Shown here: positions 11,870-22,852 of the stretch, piece by piece | How positions within the stretch are numbered: position 1 is the first letter of the stretch | Layout: each line of letters begins with the position of its first letter | Position numbers and translations under genes: made by a program | Notes under the pieces: model-generated | The model's database searches: none | Told to the model about the DNA's origin: nothing | Seen by the model: only the letters and a program-made list of their open reading frames with translations | Assembly (NCBI RefSeq): GCF_006345805.1 | Contig: NC_043025.1 | Location: 11,284,001 to 11,348,000 of the forward strand | Reading direction: 5' to 3' | Source: Octopus sinensis | Lineage: Eukaryota | Length of the DNA stretch: 64,000 nt

Positions 11870-12752
11870 GCCTGTGGGTTCATCTTACATACAACACAAT
11901 TGTACTCTGTACAGGGAGACTTATCAAAGGGATAGGTATTGCAGATCAGAGATTTTAAAGGGGCAGTTATGTTTTTGGAAAATTCTGGATGTGATTCTAT
12001 TGTATTATGATCTCTTAACCCCTGAAGTGACAGCTCAGCTGGGATTGCTGAATCACTAAGTACTGGTTGGTGAAGGAAAATAGAATTATAGTCTTTGCAT
12101 GACATAAACACTAACTTAACCACCGGCTTTATATAGCTATGATAAGACCTCACCTGGAATTTGCATCACCGGTCTGGAACCCCTATCTTGCCCAGGATAT
12201 CAATTGTCTGGAAGCCGTTCAGCAACGTGCAACCAAAAGAATACCCTCCATCAGGCATTTGCCATATTCTGAACGCCTTACTTCCCTGGGCATGGACACA
12301 TTGAAACTCCAACGTTTGGCAGCTGACTTGACAGACACCAATGAAATTATCAACCATCGTACAAACAATAACTCTGAGCACCTTTTCAAACTCCACCCAT
12401 CTAACACATGTGGACATATTTACAAAGTCAGAAAACAGCACAGCTCCCATGACTCTTGGAAACATTTTTTCACGCTGAGAGTTGCTGAAGCATGGAACAA
12501 ACTGCCGGCATCAGTTATTAGTTGTCGGAGCACTGCATCCTTCAAAACTTCCATGCTTTCTGAGATTCGCCAACACTACACCTTATTTTCTCCCCTCCAT
12601 ACACACACAAGCATGTATCTGACTCATGCATTGTTCGCTTTCCAGACATTTGTACATTACTGCATATGCTTTATACGCACTTTTGACAAGTTGTGGGGCA
12701 CCTGAGCACTGTATACAATAAATTCATTATTATTATTATTATTATTATTATA
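11870..12752 (+). mobile_element. CR1-like LINE 3' fragment
   Basis: RPHLEFASPVWNPY...LEAVQQRATK...YSERL...FFTLRVAEAWNKLP followed by an (ATT)n tail. Confidence 0.88.
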
Positions 12753-12840
12753 ATATCAGTCTACTCTTTCTTCTATGACTATTAAAAGTCATTGTTTCTC
12801 TCATTTTTCACAATATTTTCTCATAAATATTTATATACAG

Positions 12841-13135
12841 ATTAATACTTATGGAAAATCTACCTATTTTGTTGATGCAATGAATGTGACAATTTCTAAT
12901 TGGATGCGATATGTAAACTGTGCAAGGACCGAAGAGGAACAGAATTTAAATGCTTTTCAGTACAATGGTAATATTTACTATAGAACATTAAGAAACATTG
13001 TTCCTGGTGAAGAATTACTTGTTTGGTATGGAGAAGAATATGCCAAAGATCTTGGTATCTCACACTGTGAACAACTGAAAGCAAAGACTGTGTCCACTGT
13101 TGGAGCACAGTTATCAGAAACAATCAGTTCTGCAG
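12841..13135 (+). CDS. PRDM9: PRDM9-like exon: PR/SET C-half
   Basis: tatacag|ATT...G|gtaaaa, 295 bp. SNWMRYVNCARTEEEQNLNAFQYNGNIYYRTLRNIVPGEELLVWYGEEYAKDLG contains the Y341 and Y357 equivalents. Confidence 0.95.
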
Positions 13136-13164
13136 GTAAAAACCTCTTACCTATAGTTTATCTC

Positions 13165-13355
13165 TACAGTTTGTTCTCTCTCTCGCTCTTTCCCTACCTC
13201 TCCCTCTCTCTCTGTGACTTTCTCTCTCCCCCTCTCTCTCTTTGACTCTGACTCTCTCTCTCTCTCTGACTCTCCCTCTCTCTCTCTGACTTTCTCCCCC
13301 CTCTCTCTCTGACTCTCTCTCTCCCTCCCTCTCTCTCCCTCTCTCTCTTGCTCTC

Positions 13356-13415
<60 letters not shown>

Positions 13416-13437
13416 CGACTCTGACTCTCTCTCTCCA
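13165..13437. repeat. (CT)n-rich polypyrimidine tract
   Basis: Directly after the SET C-half exon donor. Confidence 0.95.
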
Positions 13438-13855
13438 TTTACCATCCTAATTAACATTACTACCTCAGAACCACTGTTATAGCTACCAACATCTGTTTCT
13501 TACTTCCCTTAGTAGCTACAGATGTATTTATTACCAGAAGCTGGTCTGCGGACTGAGAATTAAGAAGCTGCAGTCAAGTCCCATATCCCATCATCAAAAT
13601 ATATGAAAGGTAAAAACTTTGTCATGGGTACATTTGTCTAACTTGGTAGAACACTATCAACACTCAGTAACTGATGAAGAAATCAGCAAAAGACCTTCTA
13701 AGTGAGGCCTGTGATGCATTTGGAAGCATGAATCAAGGTTCTGGTTGCAGTTAAACATCGAAGCCATAGCAAAAATTCAGGTCTTTCAAGCATGTGTTTT
13801 AATCATTGCTGTTGTATGGATGTTAGACCTGGACAACCGTCTGCTGACATTTCCA

Positions 13856-13895
<40 letters not shown>

Positions 13896-14050
13896 TGTGT
13901 ACAGTGCTCAGGTGCACTACAACTCATCTAAAGTGTATATATAATCAGGTGTAGTTTCGACGGATTTCGGGAAGCATGAGGGCCTTAAAGGATGCAGTGT
14001 CATGGCAGTCAACAACTGATGCAGGCAGTTTATTCCACGCTTCAGCAACC
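13856..14050 (-). mobile_element. CR1-like LINE extreme 3' end
   Basis: RVAEAWNKLPASVV plus a 3' UTR similar to the 12.5-12.75 kb copy, with an (ATT)n tail on minus. Confidence 0.75.
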
Positions 14051-14275
14051 CTCCTGCAATGCTTGCATAATATTCTGAAAATGTTTTGGCAGTTCCATGA
14101 GCTGGATATGAGAGTACTGCGGCTGGGGAAGATAATGAGTACCAAGTCCATGATAACGAAACTACTAATTTAGATGGTCCAGTCATACGAAAGCAGGTGC
14201 TGAATGGTGAGATGAGGTGAGGAAAACATCTCCAGTGCAACCTCTGGAAACATCTGAAAGACAACCTTAAAAATA

Positions 14276-14492
14276 CCCTAACACTAACACTAACCCTAAC
14301 CTTTAACCCTTAACCCTTAACCCTAACCCTAACCCTTAACCCTAACCCTTAACCCTTAAACCTAACCCTTAACCCTAACCCTTAACCCTAACCCTTAACC
14401 CTAACCCTTAACCCTAACCCTTAACCCTAACCCTTAACCCTAACCCTTAACCCTAACCCTTACCCTTAACCAAACCCTAACCTTAACCCTAA
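14276..14492. repeat. Interstitial telomere-like tract (CCCTAA/CCCTTAA)n
   Basis: ~215 bp of alternating CCCTAA and CCCTTAA units inside a PRDM9-like intron. Confidence 0.9.
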
Positions 14493-14760
14493 AGACACTT
14501 TGCATTGATACTAACAATGGACAAGATCTTGCGGTAGACAGGGAGCTGTGGAGGAATCTGATTGCTACAGGTGTTAAAGAATTTGAGAACCGCAGTTTTG
14601 CATACACTGAGCTGAAATATGCTGGTAAATATATGGAAGATGTGAATCCACCCCGTGAGAAAGGCATGGAGGAGACTTTTTTGTGTAACCAGCGTGTTCG
14701 TATCTGCTTCTCAAAAGTAGGCCTATTCAGTCACGAAACACCTCCATCTGCTATACTCAT
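14493..14760 (+). mobile_element. Degenerate RTE-like LINE 3' end
   Basis: Degenerate (frameshifted) translation DLAVDRELWRNLIATGVKEFE and a C-terminal zinc-finger remnant (CFSKVGLFSH). Confidence 0.6.
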
Positions 14761-15176
14761 CACAGTCTCTCATACACCCTTTGTAACAAAGTATGTAGGG
14801 TAACCAGGGGTGTCACTTGGCATTATAAATTGTAACATCTAGATAGTTTGGTTGCTACTGGAAAACTAATTTGTAATTGGTGTGGAATGACTTGCAACTT
14901 ACTTGCAAGACTTTAGAACCATACGGAACATCATCAGGGATAAGGAAGTCAAATTAGAACAAAATGAGTTTTAGAAGTGGTCGTACTCAGTCACAAGTTG
15001 ACGTATACATAGGCGCAGGAGTGATTGTGTGGTAAGTAGCTTGCTAACCAGCCACATGGTTCCGGGTTCAGTCCCACTGCGTGGCATCTTGGCCAAGTGT
15101 CCTCTGCTATAGCCCCGGGCCGACCAATGCCTTGTGAGTGGATTTGGTAGATGGAAACTGAAAGAAGCCTGTTGTA

Positions 15177-15221
<45 letters not shown>

Positions 15222-16512
15222 CTGTGTTTGTCCCCCTAGCATTGCTTGACAACCGATACTGGTGTGTTTACGTCATAAGTACTGGGCTTACAAAGAAAAA
15301 GTCCCGGGGTCGATTTGCTCGATTAAAGGCAGTGCTCCAGCATGGCCGCAGTCAAATGACTGAAACAAGTAAAAGAGTAGATATATATATACATACAAGC
15401 ATCATAATCATCATCATTTATCAATTACCATATCTTTTTTCAAACTGGCATGGGTTGGATGTTTCAACATATACTGGCAAGTCAGAAGGCTATATATATA
15501 TATATGCAATCATAGATATACACATAAATGCATACATACATATGTATCATCATCGTTTAGAGTCCGCTTTCCATGCTAGCATGGGTTGGACGGTTCAGCT
15601 GGGGTCTGGGAAGCCAGAAGGCTGCACGAGGCCCAGTCTGATCAGGCAATGTTTCTACGGCTGGATGCCAACCACTAACGCCAACCACTCCGTGAGTGTA
15701 GTGGGTGCTTTTTACGTGCCAGACGGGGCTGGCAAACTGCCACCGGCACGGGGGCCAGGCGAGGCTCGCAATGGCCATGAACGGATGGTGCTTTTTACAT
15801 TCCACTGGCACGAGGCCAGTTGGGGCGGCGCTGGCAACGGCCACGTTCAGATGGTTCTCTTACGTGCCACCTGCACTGGTATCACAGCTGCAATTTCCAT
15901 TGATGTTGATCGATTTCGATTCTCACTTGCCTCAACAGGTCTTCACAAGTAGAGTTATGTGTCACAAGAAGGAAAAGTATGCATAAGTGACTCGCTACAT
16001 CCCATGTAGGGGCCATGGGGTTATGGTCTCACTTGTCCTGCCAGGTCTTCTCACGCACAGCATACTTCCAAAGGTCTCGGTCTCTAGTCATTTCCTCAGT
16101 GAGACCTAAAGTTCAAAGGTCATGCTTCATGCGTATATTTTCATCTTCAGAATTTTAGGGACTTTGAGAGACATTAATACTTCATTCTGTACCTAGAATA
16201 GCTTTAAGCAATGGCATGTAAAATATTGAGTTAAACCGGGTTTTTTTTTAGAAAAACCCTTGTATGAAAAAAAGTTGAGGGATGTCCATAGAACAGATGT
16301 CAGATATGCTACCATTACACCTAAGCAAACCTTAGAATTTTCTCCATCTTATTAAGAAGCTTTGTTCTTAACACCAAGAATTTGTCATCCAAGAGGTTTT
16401 CTCACCCAATATTCTCTATGATTCCATTAACAAAGATGTATTTATGTATTTGAGTGTATTTATTTGTATTTAAAAACATTTTTTTCTCAGTCATGTTTCT
16501 TTATATTTACAG

Positions 16513-18398
16513 ATAAATGTCATTCTTCAAATTCACGGATTGATACATTTCCTGACAGTACCAAAATGCTTGAAGGCTTGGAACAACATAGAATTAATTT
16601 GTCACCAGAAAATAATAAAATACAAACACAGTCTATTAAGAGTGACACAAACTGTATAAGGGATCATTTATTGAATTGTAGTAATGTGAATTCCAAAGAG
16701 AAACCATTTCGATGTGAGGACTTTGGAAAGACATTCTCTGACTCTACTATATTCAAAGAACACAAGGAAATGAATTCTGGAGAGAAAGCATTGCAGAGTA
16801 AGGGTTTCGGAAAGAAATTTTCTGACTCTAGTATATTCAAAGAACACAAGGAAATGAATTCTGGAGAGAAAGCATTCCAGAGTAAGGATTTCGGGAAGAA
16901 ATCTTCTGACTGTAGTATATTCAAAGAACACAAGGAAATGCAACCTGGAGAAAAAGCATTCCAGAGTAAGGATTTCGGGAAGAAATTCACTGAATCTAGT
17001 GACTTAGGTAAACAAGTGAGAACAAACAACGGAGGGAAACGATTTCACTGTAAAAACTGTGGGAAATCGTTTTATCAGTCTGCTAACTTAACAATGCATG
17101 AAAGAACACACACTGGAGAGAAACCATTTCACTGTAAAATATGTGCGAAATCGTTTGCTGTTTCTTGTAACTTAACAAACCATGAAAGAACACACACAGG
17201 AGAGAAACCATTTCGTTGTAAAAACTGTGGGAAGGCGTTCTCTCGTTCTAGTGTCTTAACAAACCATGAAAGAACACATACAGGAGAGAAACCATTTCAT
17301 TGTAAAAACTGTGGGAAGGCGTTCTCTCGTTCTAGTGTCTTAACAAACCATGAAAGAACACATACAGGAGAGAAACCATTTCATTGTAAAAACTGTGGGA
17401 AGGCGTTCTCTCGTTCTAGTGTCTTAACAAACCATGAAAGAACACATACAGGAGAGAAACCATTTCATTGTAAAACATGTGGGAAGGCGTTTTATCAGTC
17501 TGCTAACTTAACAATGCATGAAAGAACACACACTGGAGAGAAACCATTTCACTGTAAAACATGTGGGAAGGCGTTTTATCAGTCTGCTAACTTAACAATG
17601 CATGAAAGAACACACACTGGAGAGAAACCATTTCACTGTAAAACATGTGGGAAGGTGTTTGCTCAATCTCGTGATTTAAAAAGACACGAACGCATTCATA
17701 CAGGAGAGAAACCATTTCACTGTAAAACATGTGGGAAATCGTTTTCTTGGACTTCTATCTTAAAAACACACGAACGCGTTCATACTGGAGAGAAACCATT
17801 TCACTGTAAAACATGTGGGAAATCGTTTTCTCGGACTTCTATCTTAAAAACACACGAACGCGTTCATACTGGAGAGAAACCATTTCATTGTAAAATATGT
17901 GGGAAGGCGTTTGCTGACTCTGCTAACTTAAAAACACACGAACGCATTCATACAGGAGAGAAACCATTTCACTGTAAAACATGTGGGAAGGCATTTGCTG
18001 ACTCTGCTAACTTAAAAACACACGAACGCATTCATACAGGAGAGAAACCATTTCACTGTAAAACATGTGGGAAATCGTTTTCTCGGACTTCTATCTTAAA
18101 AACACACGAACGCGTTCATACTGGAGAGAAACCATTTCACTGTAAAACATGTGGGAAATCGTTTTCTCGGACTTCTATCTTAAAAACACACGAACGCGTT
18201 CATACAGGAGAGAAACCATTTCACTGTAAAACATGTGGGAAATCGTTTTCTCGGACTTCTATCTTAAAAACACACGAACGCGTTCATACTGGAGAGAAAC
18301 CATTTCATTGTAAAATATGTGGGAAGGCGTTTGCTGACTCTGCTAACTTAAAAACACACGAAAGAAGACACATAGAGGATGAGAAACGATTGCAATGA
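16513..18398 (+). CDS. PRDM9: PRDM9-like terminal exon: 4 degenerate + 16 intact C2H2 zinc fingers
   Basis: ttatatttacag|AT (phase 1). 84-bp units: degenerate 16707-17042, intact 17043-18398 with TGEKP linkers. The visible exons sum to 2784 bp (927 aa + stop) in one frame from 3306. Confidence 0.93.
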
Positions 18399-18505
18399 AA
18401 GACATATTGATTATTATTATTCACAGCAACAAGTGACATTAATTGAAATTCTCTACATTATGAGTACATAACACTAATCATAATTTGTTTTGACTGATTA
18501 TATAT

Positions 18506-19103
18506 CACTTACCACCCCACAACCCTACCTCTCCAACGCACCATTCTTCGAGCTTTCCGACATCTCCAGTCCGACCCGTCCACTTCACACCTCTTCCCTA
18601 ACCGACCCCTCCCCTCCTTCAAACGAGCCCATAACCTACGAGACCTCTTGGTCCACAGCTCCTTCCCTGACCCTACCTCCCAACCTGGCTCGTTCCCCTG
18701 CTCCCGCCCACATTGCCGCACTTGCCCTTACCTCTTCAACACCACCCTCCTCACCGGCACCCATCATCGACCCTATCGCATCATCAACTCCTTCACCTGC
18801 ACCTCCAGCAATATCATCTATTGCATCTCCTGCTCTCTCTGCCATTCCCTGTACATCGGACAAACGGGACGCCGCTTGGCTGACCGGTTCGCGGAACACC
18901 TCCGTGACATCCGCCTTGCCAATGACACACTGGTCTCACGCCATTTCCGCTCCACCGGTCACTCCTTGCAACACCTGTCTGTGTTTGGATTGTCCTTGCA
19001 CAGAAGCCATCCGGATTCCCGTTTGCGCCGTGAACAGGAATTAATCTTCTCTCTTCGCTCTTTCACGCCATTTGGTCTCAACTCTCCCCCCCTTCTCATC
19101 TAA
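18506..19103 (+). mobile_element. Penelope-like element fragment (GIY-YIG endonuclease)
   Basis: TYHPTTLPLQRTILRAFRHL...FKRAHNLRDLLVHSS...PCSRPHCRTC...IYCISCSLCHSLYIGQTGRRLADRFAEH...RLRREQELIFSLRSFTPFGLN. A probable pLTR-like piece lies at 19520-19790. Confidence 0.9.
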
Positions 19104-19987
19104 CCTCCCCCCTGACTCCTAATTCTCTTCAGTCCTTGATCTTTTCACCCCTACTCTCTTTCCCTCCTCTTCTTTCCTCTTTCTTCTTCCCTTTTTCTCT
19201 CTGCTACCTCAGTCCCCCTCCTCCTTCCTTCTCCCCCCCTCACCCCTCATCTCATCTCCTCTCTCCCCTCCTCCTCATCTCTCTTCCCTCCTCCTCATCT
19301 CTCTTCCCTCCTCCACTCCTCTCTCTTCTCTCCCCCTTTCACTCTCGCCACAACCCCCACTCTACCCCAACCCCCAGCCGAACCCACACCCCACACCACA
19401 CTACACTACACTACTCCATACGACATTACACATCACATCATACATACATACACACGTCCAGACCTTTCATACGCACATACATACTCTCTCATACATACAC
19501 ACACCCTTATGTTGGGGCGAGGTCATTTGACCCTCTTATCTCCCCTACTATCCCACTTGCGTCTAATGTCTGATCTCTGACTTCTGGCCGAAATCAGACC
19601 GCCATGTTGAATCGTTAGCTCCTGCACGCATTTTTTTTTCTCTCCTTGTTTCTTTTCTGTGTGTCTTTCTGTTGAAGAGCGCAGGCTCGAAACATAAAAG
19701 ACTTGTTTTATTTCTATTCCTGAGCGCCATACTAATACAATTGTTTGTTTGTACTCCACCTGCCTTCGTCTTTTGTTTATTTTCATAAAGCTTCCCGTTA
19801 TATATATATATATAGGCGCAAGAGTGGCTGTGTGGTAAGTAGCTTGTTTACAAACCACATGGTTCCTGGTTCAGTCCCACTGCATGGCATCTTGGGCAAG
19901 TGTCTTCTACTATAGCCTCGGGCCGACCAAAGCCTTGTGAGTTGATTTCGTAGATGGAAACTGAAAGAAGCCCGTCGTATATATATG

Positions 19988-20018
<31 letters not shown>

Positions 20019-20609
20019 GCGTGTGTGTATATGTTTGTGTCTGTGTTTGTCCCCCCAACATTGCTTGACAACCGATGCTGGTGTGTTTACTTCCCTGTAA
20101 CTTAGCGGTTCGGCAAAAGAGACCGATAGAATAAGTACTGGGCTTACAAAAGAATAAGTCCCGGGGTCGAGTTGCTAGATTAAAGGTGGTGCTCCAGCAT
20201 GGCCACAGTCAAATGACTGAAACAAGTCAAAGAGTCAAAGAAAAAGAGTAATATATATATATATATTATATATATATATATATACACACATAATATACAC
20301 ATATATATACCCAAACACATGTTGTTGTCATGTTGTATACAACATCACTCCCATAAAAAAATAAATAACGACTTTCTTTCATATATTACCTACAATATTT
20401 TGGTTTTAGACTGTGATTCATTGAGAAGAGTATATGTAAGAAGTGACATTAATTGAAATTCTTTACATTATGATTACATAACACTAATCATAATTTGTTT
20501 TGATTAAACTACATTCTCCAAAGCTCCTTCTCCTAAAGGAGGAGGGTTACAATTATTTAACAAATGCAACACAACAATGTTTCCTTTACGAGGAACCAAC
20601 AAACGTGAT

Positions 20610-21052
20610 AACAATAGTTAAACAACAGATCCTGGAGGGACGTGTCTCAAACTTTGGCATCGAGAGTTACACAAATGCCAGAACTGGGCGCCACTGCGTG
20701 GTGCCTAGGACTCCAAATTTGCCATCAAGATGTAGGACAAGATACTGTGATAGCCTGGGCTTCCGTGGCCCACAGCTCTTCAATATCCTCCCGAAGAACC
20801 TGAGAGACCTGCATGGGGTGGATGCAGATGTCTTTAAAATGGAACTGGATCTCTTCCTGTCAGGAGTCCCAGATGAACCAACTTCACGTCAGGAGGTGCA
20901 GATGAGGGCAGCTGCATCGAACTCTCTCATGCACCAAATGGCAGTTGCTAAAAAGCTTTCGTGAAGTAAAACCAAGTAGCAACACCAAATGGCGGTGCCC
21001 CAGCATGGCCACAGCTCATGAGCTGAAACTAGAATCAATCAATCAATCAATC
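20610..21052 (+). mobile_element. CR1/L2-group LINE 3' fragment
   Basis: GPQLFNILPKNLRDL...FKMELDLFLSGVPDEP...RAAASNSLMHQ, then a short 3' UTR and a (TCAA)n tail. Confidence 0.8.
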
Positions 21053-21815
21053 AAACAGTAATAATAATAACAACAAATCTTACGATGAATCAGAAAGCAG
21101 TTAGCAGTTGAAGCTTTAGTCCTTTATGTATAAGAAATAAACCAACAGCAGTACTCTGTAGAAGCGGCTGTTCGAGAAAACAGATATTACATACAGCCAA
21201 ACTTCATATAGATACTTAATGCTAGCTAATTAGTGGATAATCTAATGTAAAAGCACAGCTCCATCTGGACTATTCCATTTCTGCACACTAATTTCATTTT
21301 TAATTTATTCCCATTCATGTGAAACCACTTATTCAAGTTCAAGTCATTGATGGTAATTTTATACCAATTGCTATTTTTACTTTTGTTATGTTACGATTAT
21401 ATTATACTTTAGTTTGATTTTAATTATTACTTATTACATATAATTCAATTGTTATTATTATTTTTATTATTAAAGTGAAAGTATCTGACATAAAATAGAG
21501 AAATGTTTTTGTTTCACTTTTAACATGTAATACTGAAATAGTGGAGAAGATATGATATTGCTATGGGCTCGCTCTAGGCAAGAAGTTAAACATGGACCCT
21601 AAGTAAGGCATGTGTAAAATTTGAATGAAATTGGTTGTGTAGTTCTCAAGTTTTAGGGAAACACACAGACACATATTCTCAGTTTTATATATAGAGAGAT
21701 TATTTACAGTATATGTGACAAGTGACATTAATTGAAATTCTTTACATTATGATTACATAACACTAATCATAATTTGTTTTGACTAAACTACATTTTGTGA
21801 CTGATTATATATATA

Positions 21816-22233
21816 TCTATATAAACGGCAGTTTGTGTGTCTGTCAGGTTGTACCCTCACCCTGACCATGGCTTTCAACCGATTCTGATGAAACTTGGCA
21901 GACACATAGCCCAATGTCATAATTCAAAACTAATGCAGTGAAAATTTTGAAAAGTTCCCCCAGTTCTGAAAAAAATCAATAAATTCGACATGGGGTCGAG
22001 AATCTAAGCTTTTTATATGCAACACATTTTCTGTCCAGGGGACACAACTCGACCATTTTATCGCCCAAAGGGACAGCTAGGAACATCGTATACACAGAAG
22101 TATTCGAGTGAAGAGAAGACATTGCAACCTACACATGCGCCTTCGTTCCCTAGAGGGAAAGGACTAGATTGGGATTAGTCGTTGCCTACTAGGGGCTCTT
22201 ACATACCCGGGCAACGCCGGGCTATGCTGCTAG
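21816..22233 (+). mobile_element. Non-autonomous Helitron
   Basis: Same 5' end as the 10922 copy. 3' hairpin CCCGGGCAACGCCGGG, then CTAG|T. Confidence 0.82.
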
Positions 22234-22401
22234 TATATATATATATATATATATAAATATCAAACTAAGGTTACAGAACAGACAAATGCAAGGTCATCCA
22301 CATAACATTTCAGGTTTCTTTTATTTGAAAAGTAATTTATAAAAGATTTTCTAAACGATGAACTTTTATTTTTACATTATATATTACTTATTTATATGCT
22401 T

Positions 22402-22452
<51 letters not shown>

Positions 22453-22852
22453 CCTATATATTTATATATTACTTTATACTATATTTTTACGTATTTATTT
22501 TCTAGGTGTTGTTATGTTTTTTTTTTTAAATATATATTTCTTAATCGCTAAAGTACTAACATTAACCGTGATGAACTGTATTCACATATATTCACAAATT
22601 TTCTCGCACTTTCTTATATGCTTGTACAGGTAAGTTATGTTTCATCTTCCATGATGTCATAAATGTATATTCTATGATTAAATGTTCGAGTTATGAAATG
22701 TTATGTGGATGATCTTGCATTTGTTCGTTCTGTAACCTTAGTTTAATATATTTGTCTCATTCAATTCAGCACTTCTATAGCAGTCCTATTAAACATTTTG
22801 TTCCTGATAAGAAACAATCACTGTATTATTGATATATATATATATATATAAA

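Noticed and set aside
14276-14492. True chromosome end or fusion point
   Set aside because: Short, single orientation, mixed with 7-mer variants, and inside an intact gene's intron.
16464-18398. Stand-alone 644-aa C2H2 gene from the octopus ZNF expansion
   Set aside because: The ORF start is TTG in intronic sequence, and a phase-1 acceptor at 16512 links it in frame to the SET exon.
18490-19044. 184-aa Pro/Ser-rich ORF after the PRDM9-like stop
   Set aside because: Alternative frame of the Penelope-like fragment. The GIY-YIG frame explains the sequence.
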